Shown piece by piece: positions 1 through 9,970 of a DNA stretch of 64,000 bases. Every line of letters starts with the position of its first letter. Position 1 is the first letter of the stretch. The position numbers and the translations under genes are program-made. The stretch comes from Escherichia phage JLBYU40: the sequence record NC_105514.1; one strand, given 5' to 3'. The notes beneath the pieces were generated by a model. It saw only the letters and a program-made list of their open reading frames with translations. It was not told the origin of the DNA and ran no database searches.

Positions 1-65
1 CACTTTCAATATGAATATTATACTAAATTAGAGGGCTTTAAGCAAGAAGATTTTTAATTTATTTA

Positions 66-542
66 TCACATCTCGGCCATTTCAGCTTCAGTAATAACTG
101 TGTTACACAATGCATCTACAGCTTCATTACCACTAATACCAGAATGTCCTTTAACCTTAATAAAGGTAGGATTAGTATTGTGAAAGTTGATATACTGCTG
201 TGTTAATTTAAATGCTTCCTGCCAAAGTTCTAGATTAAGAGGGACTTCACCATCTGCTTTCTTCCAGCCTTTCCTTTGCCAAGAAAACATCCAACTTTCC
301 ATACCATTTTTGCAATAAGCAGAATCAGTATAGATAACAATTGGTCTATTATCTTTTTTAACTGACCAACGTAGAGCCTCTACAATAGCCGTGAGTTCCA
401 TCTCATTATTTGTAGTTTTAGGACTATATCCAGATTTAGAACCTAAACGATCGTCGTTATCATCATAGACAATAAAACCCCAAGCACCTGGACCTGGATT
501 AGACTTACAAGCACCATCTGTATAAATGTGGAAAACCGACAT
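66..542 (-). CDS. rnh: Ribonuclease H (RNase HI-like)
   Basis: Motifs YTDGA, TNNxMEL, YTDS, HSGxxGNExAD. Start taken at ATG 542 (MSVFHIYTDGA), overlapping upstream stop as TAATG. Confidence 0.8.
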   Translation of the reverse strand: MSVFHIYTDGACKSNPGPGAWGFIVYDDNDDRLGSKSGYSPKTTNNEMELTAIVEALRWSVKKDNRPIVIYTDSAYCKNGMESWMFSWQRKGWKKADGEVPLNLELWQEAFKLTQQYINFHNTNPTFIKVKGHSGISGNEAVDALCNTVITEAEMAEM

Positions 543-823
543 TATACCTCCCAACTAATTTTAAGACCCATGTCTACAAAGGCGGCTTCTCGGTAGTATT
601 GTGAGAGATGATACCCCTTATCCGATAAGGTTTTTAGTACCGATTTAGCTGCTCCTGGCATTTCTCTAGGATTATATAGCCATCTAGCGTAAGGATTATC
701 TCGAATAATTACTTCTGTATTTCCAGACTTAGCAGCTTCTACAATCTTTTCTTCTATAAACTTTAGAAATGCGGGTACTTCTGTTAATCCTGCAAGTTCT
801 TGGGCTTCTTTGGCTGAAATCAT
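542..823 (-). CDS. Hypothetical protein (93 aa)
   Basis: ORF with GGAGG RBS, preceded on the minus strand by a consensus promoter; no recognisable motif. Confidence 0.4.
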   Translation of the reverse strand: MISAKEAQELAGLTEVPAFLKFIEEKIVEAAKSGNTEVIIRDNPYARWLYNPREMPGAAKSVLKTLSDKGYHLSQYYREAAFVDMGLKISWEV

Positions 824-848
824 TGTATACCTCCAATTTATAAAATAT

Positions 849-877
849 ATTATATTTAAATTTCACTAAATAAGCAA
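849..877 (-). promoter_or_regulatory. Sigma70-type promoter TTGCTT-N17-TATAAT (minus strand)
   Basis: -35 at 877-872 and -10 at 854-849 on the minus strand, followed by a TTTATAAATTGGAGG leader shared with plus-strand early promoters. Confidence 0.6.
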
Positions 878-916
878 ATGAAATTTAAATATAATAGCCC
901 CGAAGGGCTATTTAAG

Positions 917-1756
917 TTAAGAGGACATTTTAGCTTTAAGAGCCGGATGCGGATCATATCCTTCAAGCTGGAAGGACCAAGCTGCCGTATTATTTTCTAA
1001 TAAATCGTAAAGATCTACAAACTCTGGCATTACTAGAGTAGGTAAAGCACGAGGTTTACGTTTTACCTGCTCTTCTACCTGTTCCATGTGGTCATTATAG
1101 ATATGAGTATCACCGCCACTAAAGATAAGATAACGAGGTTTTAATCCTGTCAGTTTTGCTAATATGTGCGTTAATAAAGCATAACTAGCAATATTGAAAG
1201 GTAAACCGAGGAAACAATCTACAGAACGTTGGGTCCATTTAAGATCTAGGTATCCATCGTTACTTACATAGCACTGGAAGCCGTAGTGACATGGTGGTAA
1301 TGCCATTTTATCAAGTTCAGCTACGTTCCATGCAGAAACTAGATGTCTGCGGCCATGAGGATTATTCTTGAGTCCTTCAATAAGTTCTATAATCTGATCT
1401 CTCCCACCAAAGTTGCGCCACTGTTTACCATATACTGGTCCTAGATTACCCTTATCATACCCCATACTTATAGCTTGGTCTTCATAATTTGGAGTCCAGA
1501 TGGTCCACTGTCCTTCGTCACGACCAAATGTGAATACACGTAGATCATGGAGATTTGTGGAACCAGACAAGAACCATAAGAGTTCTCCTACTACTGATTT
1601 CCAGGCCAGGCGTTTAGTAGTTACAGCCGGGAATCCCTCACGTAGGTCGAACTTAGCATAGGAATCAAAAATCGAAACTGTGCCCGTTCCTGTACGATCG
1701 TTACGTGGTTCACCTAGTAAAATTACATCTGTCAAAATTTTTAAGTATTGTTGCAT
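917..1756 (-). CDS. thyA: Thymidylate synthase
   Basis: RTGTGT motif, catalytic LPPCH, 279 aa. Confidence 0.9.
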   Translation of the reverse strand: MQQYLKILTDVILLGEPRNDRTGTGTVSIFDSYAKFDLREGFPAVTTKRLAWKSVVGELLWFLSGSTNLHDLRVFTFGRDEGQWTIWTPNYEDQAISMGYDKGNLGPVYGKQWRNFGGRDQIIELIEGLKNNPHGRRHLVSAWNVAELDKMALPPCHYGFQCYVSNDGYLDLKWTQRSVDCFLGLPFNIASYALLTHILAKLTGLKPRYLIFSGGDTHIYNDHMEQVEEQVKRKPRALPTLVMPEFVDLYDLLENNTAAWSFQLEGYDPHPALKAKMSS

Positions 1757-2289
1757 TAATAAGTAACCAATTCCTGTACAAATCGCAGGCTGTTATCACT
1801 GTTTGCGCCAGTTGCGTAAACTAAACGAGTAGATTCATAGTTGTAATCTAGAATCGTATTATCCAGATGTACATCTGCCTCTAGTTTTTGATCACTAAAG
1901 ATTGTGGATACAAAAGCACTTTCAATATGTCCATGAATATACATTTCTAGAAGAAGGTTAGCCCCACCTAGAACTACTGTCTGCTGATCTTTCAGAAATG
2001 TAGGTAAAGCATCCCCAATCTTAGAAATTGGAGTGTAAATATCATGTGTAATATCGTCTGGCAGTGGACGATCAGCACGAATAAATAGGTCAGAAGCTCC
2101 AATCATACGTTCTCTAACGGCGTATGGAAGAGCTAAATAAGTACCCGCACCAATGATGATGTTATCTGGATTCAACACGTCCAGTTGAGAATAGAAAGCA
2201 TCTAGTTCTTCTTTGAAGGAACCCCATGGAAGTTTACCGCGGAGGCCGAACTCCCCATTCGGCCCAACTGCATACATTGCTGTAATCAT
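1756..2289 (-). CDS. frd: Dihydrofolate reductase
   Basis: N-terminal MITAMYAVGPNGEFG...LPW pattern, 177 aa, overlaps thyA start (ATGA). Confidence 0.8.
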   Translation of the reverse strand: MITAMYAVGPNGEFGLRGKLPWGSFKEELDAFYSQLDVLNPDNIIIGAGTYLALPYAVRERMIGASDLFIRADRPLPDDITHDIYTPISKIGDALPTFLKDQQTVVLGGANLLLEMYIHGHIESAFVSTIFSDQKLEADVHLDNTILDYNYESTRLVYATGANSDNSLRFVQELVTY

Positions 2290-3431
2290 AAGAAATCTCC
2301 AAATTCATTACCTAGATCTTTCAGAGTATCAGCAGAGGTCTCAGTTACCTGACCTACACGGTAAGCTGCACCAATCTGGATTTCTTGCGGAGCAGGCTGT
2401 AGAGAAGTAGTATCCAACCAGTTCATGATCCATGGAATAGGGTTTTTGGTGATTACTGGTAAGTGACTAGGCCATTCTACACCGATGTGCATAAATGCAT
2501 TACGTCCCACAAAGTACAGATATTCTTCTAGAAGTTCTGCATTCAAGCCAATCAGACTACGACCTTTGAAAATGAAATGACCCCATTCAATTTCAGTTTT
2601 CAGAGTTTTCAGGAGCTGTGCTGGTGCTTTAGCCACTGCTTCATCTACCAGATCTTTGTCAAACTGCTGAAACATAATCTGGATGATTGCTTTGGACATC
2701 TGAGTGTGCAGAGCTTCATCTTTAGCGATTAATTGCAGATTTTTAGCAATACCTTGCAGAATATCGTTCTCTGCTAATGCAAAGGTACATGCAAAGGATG
2801 CGTAAAACTGCATTGCTTCCAGACCATAGATAGCAAAGTAAGCGTCTAATAGTTTAGCCTGAGTTTCACGTTTAACTTCAGGGAACTCCGTTTCTGGATA
2901 TGTATTGTCGCCACGATGATCGCGTACTGCGATGAAATACTGACCTAACTGGTACAGTTCATCGAATAGTTCAACAGAATCAGCGATGCGTGCGAATGCT
3001 TCTTGGTTTTTGGTTACAGAATCAATAAATTCTGCTGGGTCAGTCAGCACATTACGAATAATATTGCTATAAGCACGACTATGCAGGTCTTCAAAATAGC
3101 TCCACTGTTTGAGCATACCTTCCAATTCTGGACGACTTACAAGTGGCATAATAGCTGCTTCAGGGGCACGACTGATAAAGGAATCAGTTTGAGTCTGCCA
3201 TGCTAGGTTCAGGAGTGTAATTTCCTGAATTTCCCGTGGGAGGTTAGGCCATTGTTTCTTATCTGCTTCCAGACTGATTTCAGTTTCAGTCCAAAATTGA
3301 GAGCGTTGCAGAAGTGCCAGACGTTCTAGTTCTGGATGTGCTACACGTACATAATCTGCGATACCGAGAGAATCTCCCAGGAAAAGGTCAGCATTAGTAT
3401 GATCCCAATTCAGGTTTAGTAAAGTAGTCAT
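2286..3431 (-). CDS. nrdB: Ribonucleotide reductase class Ia beta subunit
   Basis: 381 aa, directly downstream of the alpha subunit gene; own promoter at 3463-3491. Confidence 0.85.
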   Translation of the reverse strand: MTTLLNLNWDHTNADLFLGDSLGIADYVRVAHPELERLALLQRSQFWTETEISLEADKKQWPNLPREIQEITLLNLAWQTQTDSFISRAPEAAIMPLVSRPELEGMLKQWSYFEDLHSRAYSNIIRNVLTDPAEFIDSVTKNQEAFARIADSVELFDELYQLGQYFIAVRDHRGDNTYPETEFPEVKRETQAKLLDAYFAIYGLEAMQFYASFACTFALAENDILQGIAKNLQLIAKDEALHTQMSKAIIQIMFQQFDKDLVDEAVAKAPAQLLKTLKTEIEWGHFIFKGRSLIGLNAELLEEYLYFVGRNAFMHIGVEWPSHLPVITKNPIPWIMNWLDTTSLQPAPQEIQIGAAYRVGQVTETSADTLKDLGNEFGDFL

Positions 3432-3462
3432 TGATTTTCCTCTTTCTCACTATTTCAGGAAT

Positions 3463-3491
3463 ATTATAGCAAATCTGGTAGCGATTAGCAA
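3463..3491 (-). promoter_or_regulatory. Sigma70-type promoter TTGCTA-N17-TATAAT for nrdB (minus strand)
   Basis: Minus-strand reading TTGCTAatcgctaccagatttgcTATAAT. Confidence 0.6.
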
Positions 3492-3502
3492 GTAAAATTT
3501 CA

Positions 3503-3529
3503 AAGAAAAAGGAGACCCGAAGATCTCCT
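3503..3529 (-). terminator. Intrinsic terminator after nrdA
   Basis: Hairpin AGGAGA-cccgaaga-TCTCCT (3510-3529) followed on the minus strand by a U-run (plus A-run 3503-3509). Confidence 0.6.
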
Positions 3530-3537
3530 TATTTTTA

Positions 3538-5868
3538 TTAAATAGTACAACCGCCTGATGCACAACCGGCTGCTTCTTCTCCTGCACCACCACCATTAGC
3601 GGTGTTGAAGTTTGCGTAGTAGAAAGTCTTCCACCCATACTTAACAGCAGTCATGAAATCACGAACTACTACTGGACCAGGAATGATTTCATTCTCAAAC
3701 TTGGTGTAGTCATAGTACATATTCGTACTGATAGACTGACTGAAGAATTTCTGCATAGTTGCTACCCATTTGATCCACTCGATACGATCTACATCATAAG
3801 CCAGTTTATAGCTCATTAACGTTTCCCAATCGGTTGCACCCGGAGCAATTGCAATTACTTTATTCACTGCACTACCCTTGATAGATACAATCTTACGAGG
3901 CGGTTCAATAGAGTTAGTAACACCTAACAGAACAGAAGAACTTTCTCCCGGCATCTGAGCAGTCAGAACAGAGTTACGCATACCATATTTCAGAATATCT
4001 GCACGTAGAGACTCCCAATCCATTTCTAGACCTACGGATACCAGTTCATCAACAGTTTTCTTGTACGTGTCGATTACCAGAATTCCTTTAGATGGTTTAG
4101 TACGATCAAACCACTCACATGCACCCTGTTCTTTAGCTAGGCGTACAGAGGCTTTATGTAGGAAGTAGGACAGTTTTTCAGCCTCACGGTGAATCCAGTT
4201 ACGGGCTTCAATACCTTCGTAAGCCAGACCTTCTGCTGCCATTGCACCTGCTGCGTTCATTAGGCCAATACCAACATTACGACGTTTCTTAGCCGTATAT
4301 TCCATAGTTGGGAACGGATAATCCTGAATTTCGATAATTGTATCAACGAATTTCAGAAGGATGTAGCAAGTTTTTTCCCACTCAGCTAGAGATTCCATGC
4401 GTCCAAGTACAACACCACCTAAGTTACACAGAGATACTTCACCAATATCCTCCGGCTTCATTTGATCAAGCTGCTCTTTTGTCTTATACAGCTCTGTAAT
4501 GTGATGGAATGGGCGTGTAGGCTGAGTAATCTCAACACAAAGGTTTGTCATACGGATCGGATCAAGGAAATTACCGTGACGATTAGATTCCCCGATGTGA
4601 TGAGCATACATACGTCCTGTTTCCATTCGGATACGTAGCCAAGTATCTAGGATTTCTTTTGCAGAGACTTTAGGAGCTGCAGGAACTGTTTTTCCTTCGT
4701 GGTCGATCTTTGTAAGAGATGCCACACGTTTCTCCGCTGCCACGTAGATTTCTTCAAATTTAGCCTCGTCATCACTATAAAACGCTTCATGAACTTCTGG
4801 AGCATAGAAGTATGACATTAGCGTAATATCTTCATTTTTCAGATAACGTTTTAACAAAAGATTGTTGAAGCTCAGAGAATAATCCATCTTATCGATTTTA
4901 TTCTCATCTGTAGCACGTTGTTGCTTAACCTGCATTAATTGAATGATTTCAGGGTCGAAGTATGGATAAGACACTGTAGCAGAACCACCACGAGTTTGCT
5001 GAGTATTGGCCTTTACTGAGCGGTCAATGTGTCGATAATATGGCAGTTTTCCGGAATGCGGGAATGCCCCATTTCGCACCGGATCAGCAATTGATCGGCT
5101 TTCAAGATGATACCCGATTCCCGCTCTGGCTGCGACCATTTTGAAGACGATGTGCTCGGCGGTGTCGATTGAATCCAACGTGTCAGTGGAATCCACGAGG
5201 CAGCAACTAGCAAATCCACGGTCACTAGAGCGCAGACCAACCAGTGGCGGCGTAGGAACGTTGATTTTGTGGAGCGACATTGCGTTGTAGAGGTCGATTG
5301 CATCTAGAATTGTCCAGTTAGGTTGAGATAACATCGCCATTGCCATACCCATGTAGGCAAACTGCGGGGTTTCGTAAATTTCACCAGTGGCTATGTTACG
5401 ACGGGAATACTTATCAAAGAACTGCTTCAGCCCACCACTAGTAAAAAGACGGTCACGATCATGGTCGATAACCTGATTCAGAGCTTCAAATTGCTCATCG
5501 GTAATCCATGCACTCATGTCTTCCCATGCACCTACGCTAACCATGTGGTCATGGAAGAAGCGTAGAGAAGGTGGTTCGAAAGAGTCATAAAGGCGTTTAC
5601 GCATTTGCGCAAGACGTAATTCCTTTGCTGGCACATCGTATGCTGGGTTATCTTTGATAAGACTTTCAGCAGCTTTAATTAATGCGTCCATCAGAGTGTC
5701 GGAATCTACAACCCCTTTAGGTAGAGTTTTTTGAGCAGCCATAGTAATGGCTGACCAGCTTACATCAACTGTTTTGCAACCATACTCTGCCCAACCATTG
5801 AGTTTTTCAGGAGCAAAGTCTTCTACAGTACCGTCACGTTTAATTACTTTTTCAATGCGATGGCTCAT
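3538..5868 (-). CDS. nrdA: Ribonucleotide reductase class Ia alpha subunit
   Basis: ATP-cone start VIKRDG, active-site NLCVEI motif. Start placed at ATG 5868 (MSHRIEK) with AAGGAAA RBS rather than the ORF-track start 5973. Confidence 0.9.
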   Translation of the reverse strand: MSHRIEKVIKRDGTVEDFAPEKLNGWAEYGCKTVDVSWSAITMAAQKTLPKGVVDSDTLMDALIKAAESLIKDNPAYDVPAKELRLAQMRKRLYDSFEPPSLRFFHDHMVSVGAWEDMSAWITDEQFEALNQVIDHDRDRLFTSGGLKQFFDKYSRRNIATGEIYETPQFAYMGMAMAMLSQPNWTILDAIDLYNAMSLHKINVPTPPLVGLRSSDRGFASCCLVDSTDTLDSIDTAEHIVFKMVAARAGIGYHLESRSIADPVRNGAFPHSGKLPYYRHIDRSVKANTQQTRGGSATVSYPYFDPEIIQLMQVKQQRATDENKIDKMDYSLSFNNLLLKRYLKNEDITLMSYFYAPEVHEAFYSDDEAKFEEIYVAAEKRVASLTKIDHEGKTVPAAPKVSAKEILDTWLRIRMETGRMYAHHIGESNRHGNFLDPIRMTNLCVEITQPTRPFHHITELYKTKEQLDQMKPEDIGEVSLCNLGGVVLGRMESLAEWEKTCYILLKFVDTIIEIQDYPFPTMEYTAKKRRNVGIGLMNAAGAMAAEGLAYEGIEARNWIHREAEKLSYFLHKASVRLAKEQGACEWFDRTKPSKGILVIDTYKKTVDELVSVGLEMDWESLRADILKYGMRNSVLTAQMPGESSSVLLGVTNSIEPPRKIVSIKGSAVNKVIAIAPGATDWETLMSYKLAYDVDRIEWIKWVATMQKFFSQSISTNMYYDYTKFENEIIPGPVVVRDFMTAVKYGWKTFYYANFNTANGGGAGEEAAGCASGGCTI

Positions 5869-6010
5869 TTGGCTTTCCTTTTTATAGTTATCAGGATTTA
5901 AGGAATATTCTACTTTATTATCGGTCATTAGGCAAATAAAATTTTCTGATAGAAAAGGCCCGAGTATTTTCATACCCAGGCCCTGTATATTACCAGTCTA
6001 GCTTTTTAGC

Positions 6011-6232
6011 TTATTCAATTACTTTAGCTCTAGCTACTTCTTTTAATAGAATATCTATGGAGGTGCTCAGCTCGTTATAATTGAATGGTTTATTTGGATT
6101 TGAGGTTACAATTTTCCACGCTAGGGTTGTCTTAGGACTTTCTTCCCCTTCCTTACGTGTAATCATATTAGCAGCACTCAGTGAAGTACGATGTATTTTA
6201 GTTTTACGGCTCAGATGAACGACGTTTCCCAT
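6011..6232 (-). CDS. Hypothetical small protein
   Basis: ORF downstream of phoH; start guessed at internal Met; no motif. Confidence 0.3.
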   Translation of the reverse strand: MGNVVHLSRKTKIHRTSLSAANMITRKEGEESPKTTLAWKIVTSNPNKPFNYNELSTSIDILLKEVARAKVIE

Positions 6233-6233
6233 A

Positions 6234-6995
6234 TTACACCTTCCCCATGTCTTTAAAAATATCATAGAATGCTTTAGACTCAACAGAACGAACGTTATCA
6301 ATCAATTCGATCATTGAGAAGGGGGCATTTTCGTATTTCTCATAGACTTCCATAAGGAGTGCTAGACCTGAGTCGCCTTTAATGTCTTTCTGGGCTATAT
6401 CTCCGCAGATAATTAAACGGCAGTCTTGTCCTACACGAGTTAGGAGACAAATCATTGCCTCAACGGAAATATTCTGAGCTTCATCGACAATTACATAGGA
6501 GTTGTTGAAAGTTCTGCCACGAGCATGTTCGATAGCCAAAAATTTAATTTTCTGACGTTCGACATACCCTTTATATGCATGATCGCCAATGGCCCATTTC
6601 ATACCATCAGCTATTGGCTCCAACCAAGGCTCTAGCTTTTCCGCTAGATCACCAGGAAGCATACCAAGAGACTTACCTAGAGGTTCATTAGGACGTACGA
6701 GAATCACTTGCTCAATATCTGAGTGAATGTCTACTAGTTCCTGAGCTGCAAGAACGGACGGAATAAAGGTTTTACCAGTACCTGGCTCACCGATACCCAC
6801 AGTCACTGTGTTGTTCTTGATCATATTGATATATGATTTTTGCTCGCGGTTTTTACCTACTAGGGATTTAGCAACTGGGTTAGCGTAATCATTAGAAAAA
6901 TCAGCCTGAATTACGTTATTCTCATATTTGTTGCCACGCTTTCTTGAACCATTGCGGTTCTCTCTTTTTTGACGTGCTTTTCCCATAAATAACAC
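6234..6995 (-). CDS. phoH: PhoH-like ATPase
   Basis: Walker A GEPGTGKT and Walker B VIVDEAQN. Confidence 0.85.
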   Translation of the reverse strand: MLFMGKARQKRENRNGSRKRGNKYENNVIQADFSNDYANPVAKSLVGKNREQKSYINMIKNNTVTVGIGEPGTGKTFIPSVLAAQELVDIHSDIEQVILVRPNEPLGKSLGMLPGDLAEKLEPWLEPIADGMKWAIGDHAYKGYVERQKIKFLAIEHARGRTFNNSYVIVDEAQNISVEAMICLLTRVGQDCRLIICGDIAQKDIKGDSGLALLMEVYEKYENAPFSMIELIDNVRSVESKAFYDIFKDMGKV

Positions 6996-7059
6996 TCCTA
7001 TAGTGTACTTCGCTAACAGAGGATCAACAAAAAGATCTTGTTTATCAACTTACAAATAT

Positions 7060-7088
7060 ATTATACCAATATATACAGTAAAAAGCAA
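7060..7088 (-). promoter_or_regulatory. Sigma70-type promoter TTGCTT-N17-TATAAT for phoH (minus strand)
   Basis: Plus-strand ATTATA (7060-7065) and AAGCAA (7083-7088) separated by 17 nt. Confidence 0.55.
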
Positions 7089-7280
7089 CTACAATTTTAA
7101 ATAAGCCTATGATATTGCATTTAAATAAAAAATTTGCTTGCTTTTAACGTGAGATGTGTGATACTAGATAATCATTTTATATCGCGTGCACGAGTGCGTG
7201 ATTATACAATTTTTAATAGAGATTGGCAAATAAAATTTTTTGACTCAGATCATGTTATAGAACTTTATAGTAAAATATTG

Positions 7281-7309
7281 TTGACATCCGCCCTCGAATG
7301 AGTTATAAT
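7281..7309 (+). promoter_or_regulatory. Consensus sigma70 promoter TTGACA-N17-TATAAT for nrdD
   Basis: Perfect -35 (7281-7286) and -10 (7304-7309); GAAGGAGGG RBS before ATG 7339. Confidence 0.7.
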
Positions 7310-7338
7310 AGTAGTCTTAGTTAGAGAAGGAGGGTGTA

Positions 7339-9213
7339 ATGAATCGTAATGAAGAACTAAAATATAAAGAAATGCAGGCGTTAATTAGAAACTGCAAAGA
7401 GATTATCGAAGGGTCAGCAGATGAAGAGCTGCTGTTTAATAATGCTAATAAACCCTCAGAACGTTTCCCTACACAAAGGGATATGCTTGCAGGTGAATTG
7501 AGTAAGTATCTAATTCTAGAAGAAATGCCAATTCAGATTCGAAATGCTCATATGATTGGGGATATTCATTTCCATGATGCTGATTATGCTGCATTAGGCA
7601 TGACTAACTGTTGCCTGGTAGCTCTGGAAGATATGTTGAAGAATGGTATGAAGGTTGGTAATGCTGAAATTAGCACTCCAAACTCTATCACTACTGCGGC
7701 GGCTATTACTGCTCAGATTATCACTCAGGTTAGCTCCCATCAGTATGGTGGTACTTCTGTAGATCGCCTTGATGAAGTATTAGCCCCTTATGTTCGTAAA
7801 TCCTATGACAAAAATCATGCGTTTGCAAAACGCTGGACTAAGGATGAGGCCAAAGCATCCGTAATGGCTACGGAGATGACTGAAAAAGAAGTCTATGATG
7901 CTTGTCAGGGTCTAGAGTATGAGATCAATACGATGTTCAACTCTAATGGTCAGAGTCCATTTATTACCTTTGGTTTTGGTCTAGGAACTTCTTGGGAAGC
8001 TCGTCTAGTACAGAAAGCAATACTGAAAGTACGTATGGATGGTTTAGGTATCAATAAACGTACAGCTATCTTCCCGAAACTGGTATTTGTACTTCGTGAT
8101 GGAGTAAATATGAAACCAGGAGATGTTAATTATGACATCAAGAAGTTAGCTATGAAATGTACTGCTGAACGTATGTATCCAGATTATATCAGCTATGACA
8201 AAGTTGTAGAAGTTACTGGAGACTACAAAGTTTCTATGGGCTGCCGTTCATTCCTAGCTGCTACAGAAGATGGTGAAACTGCAGGTCGTAATAACTTAGG
8301 TGTTGTTTCTGTAAACTTGCCTAGAATTGCTATCGAAGCTGAAGGAAATATTGACCTATTCTTTGATTTGCTTGAGCTACGTGTAGATACAGCATTAAAA
8401 GCGTTGGAGTGGAGAGTTGATCGCTTAAAATACATTCAAGCTAAAGCTGCACCCATCCTCTATATGTCAGGAGCCTTTGGGTTACGCTTAGGGCCTGATG
8501 AATATGTATTTGATCATTTCTATAACCGTGCTTCTGTATCTCTAGGGTATATTGGTTGCCATGAAATGCTACAGTTCATGTTTGGCAAAGATGTAGACAC
8601 AATGTCCGAGACCTGCATTAAGTTTGTTCAGCGTGTATTGCAGTACATGCGAGATAGAGTCGATCAGAAGAAGGAAGAAACTAAGTTAGGTTATAGCCTG
8701 TATGCTACACCATCAGAATCCCTATGTGATCGTTTTTGTCGTCTAGACCGTGAATATTTCCCGGAGCATGAAGATATTCTGTCTAAAGGATACTACACTA
8801 ACTCGCACCACCTTGATGTAGAACGCAAAGTTGCTCCCAATGTGAAATTTGATTATGAATCTAATTTTACTCCGATTGCTTCTGGTGGGTGCATTTCCTA
8901 TGTAGAACTACCAGATATGAAACGATTCCCAGATGCACTGGAATGGGTTATTAATTATGCTGCTAGTAAAGTTCATTACTTCGGTATTAATACTCCAGTG
9001 GATTCTTGTGGTAAATGTGGATTCTTAGGTGAAACAATAGCATCCGAAGATGGATTTAAGTGCCCTATCTGTGGTAATCATGACCCCGAAACTCTTGAAG
9101 TAACTCGTCGAGTTTGTGGGTATCTTGGAAATCCAGGTGCTCGTCCATTTAACCCGGGCAAACAGCACGAGGTTATGGGCAGAGTGAAACATCAGGATAT
9201 TCGAGCTAAATAA
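7339..9213 (+). CDS. nrdD: Anaerobic ribonucleotide reductase (class III)
   Basis: C-terminal glycyl-radical motif RVCGYLG, Cys cluster CGKCGF...CPICG, 624 aa. Confidence 0.9.
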   Translation: MNRNEELKYKEMQALIRNCKEIIEGSADEELLFNNANKPSERFPTQRDMLAGELSKYLILEEMPIQIRNAHMIGDIHFHDADYAALGMTNCCLVALEDMLKNGMKVGNAEISTPNSITTAAAITAQIITQVSSHQYGGTSVDRLDEVLAPYVRKSYDKNHAFAKRWTKDEAKASVMATEMTEKEVYDACQGLEYEINTMFNSNGQSPFITFGFGLGTSWEARLVQKAILKVRMDGLGINKRTAIFPKLVFVLRDGVNMKPGDVNYDIKKLAMKCTAERMYPDYISYDKVVEVTGDYKVSMGCRSFLAATEDGETAGRNNLGVVSVNLPRIAIEAEGNIDLFFDLLELRVDTALKALEWRVDRLKYIQAKAAPILYMSGAFGLRLGPDEYVFDHFYNRASVSLGYIGCHEMLQFMFGKDVDTMSETCIKFVQRVLQYMRDRVDQKKEETKLGYSLYATPSESLCDRFCRLDREYFPEHEDILSKGYYTNSHHLDVERKVAPNVKFDYESNFTPIASGGCISYVELPDMKRFPDALEWVINYAASKVHYFGINTPVDSCGKCGFLGETIASEDGFKCPICGNHDPETLEVTRRVCGYLGNPGARPFNPGKQHEVMGRVKHQDIRAK

Positions 9214-9229
9214 GCTAATCAGCTGGGTT

Positions 9230-9252
9230 GCTAGTCGACCTGGCTTTTATTT
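9230..9252 (+). terminator. Weak intrinsic terminator after nrdD
   Basis: Short hairpin GCTAG-tcgac-CTGGC (with one G-U pair) followed by TTTTATTTT. Confidence 0.35.
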
Positions 9253-9255
9253 TAT

Positions 9256-9284
9256 TTGCTTTCAGCCAAAAATTTATATATAAT
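9256..9284 (+). promoter_or_regulatory. Early promoter TTGCTT-N17-TATAAT with conserved ATAAATTTGAGAGGAG leader
   Basis: -35 at 9256-9261 and -10 at 9279-9284; same cassette as at 16946 and 19190. Confidence 0.7.
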
Positions 9285-9312
9285 AGATTTATAAATTTGA
9301 GAGGAGAAAGCT

Positions 9313-9594
9313 ATGAGCGAGTTGCTTCCTAAAGTAGATGTCTCCCATCTTGGAGAGCCTAGTGAAGAACGTAAGGCTCTAGATTGGTTGGGTGGATTTG
9401 ATTATCGTCGTGTTGTTGCAACATGGAATGATAAGAAAGTTAAGAAGTTTCGGGTACATTATGTAGGTAAAGACAAGTGGCTCTGGATTGATTATGAAGA
9501 ATCAAAGGGGTCTACTAAGGCTGTGAAAATTTATTGTATGTATGGGTATTATTATGCTCACTGTGATAAGAATGAATTTACAGTACAGAACTAA
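9313..9594 (+). CDS. Hypothetical protein (93 aa)
   Basis: First ORF after the promoter; RBS GAGGAG. Confidence 0.4.
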   Translation: MSELLPKVDVSHLGEPSEERKALDWLGGFDYRRVVATWNDKKVKKFRVHYVGKDKWLWIDYEESKGSTKAVKIYCMYGYYYAHCDKNEFTVQN

Positions 9595-9603
9595 GGAACA
9601 AGA

Positions 9604-9807
9604 ATGAAAAACGTAAAACATCTTAAATATCGCTTAATTTACAACGGACGTATGGAAACAGAAGATCTGGCCCAATTAGCTATTAATTCTAATGAGGTTA
9701 CGGTGCGTGCTCTGGCAATTGAAAAGTTGCGTGCCTCTTATGAAAATCGTGTTATGGAACTGGAGGAGAAACTTTATGGACTTCTTGAATCAGAATCTAA
9801 AAAGTAA
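9604..9807 (+). CDS. Hypothetical protein (67 aa)
   Basis: ORF only. Confidence 0.35.
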   Translation: MKNVKHLKYRLIYNGRMETEDLAQLAINSNEVTVRALAIEKLRASYENRVMELEEKLYGLLESESKK

Positions 9808-9970
9808 TCCAGAAAACATGCTTATTGAGCAATGGAACTTTGGTTATAATGCTGGTGTAGCTACTTGTATTGCTAGATTGGATACGCTTATTAAGCAAGA
9901 AAAGGTACGCCCTGAGGAAGCAATTTTACTCCAAAATATTATCGAAGGATTTAAGCAAGGAATCGTATAG
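9776..9970 (+). CDS. Hypothetical protein (about 64 aa)
   Basis: Start placed at ATG 9776 after a GGAGGAG RBS, within ORF-track 9692-9970. Confidence 0.35.
   Translation: MDFLNQNLKSNPENMLIEQWNFGYNAGVATCIARLDTLIKQEKVRPEEAILLQNIIEGFKQGIV

Noticed and set aside
895-908. Hairpin AGCCC-cgaa-GGGCT after thyA as a terminator
   Set aside because: No contiguous U-run follows it on the minus strand; it may be a stability or processing element, so it was not called as a terminator.
3450-3638. 62-aa minus-strand ORF across the nrdA-nrdB intergenic region
   Set aside because: Overlaps the nrdA 3' end, the terminator hairpin and the nrdB promoter.
5013-5303. 96-aa minus-strand ORF
   Set aside because: Alternative frame within the RNR alpha gene, which has strong motif support.
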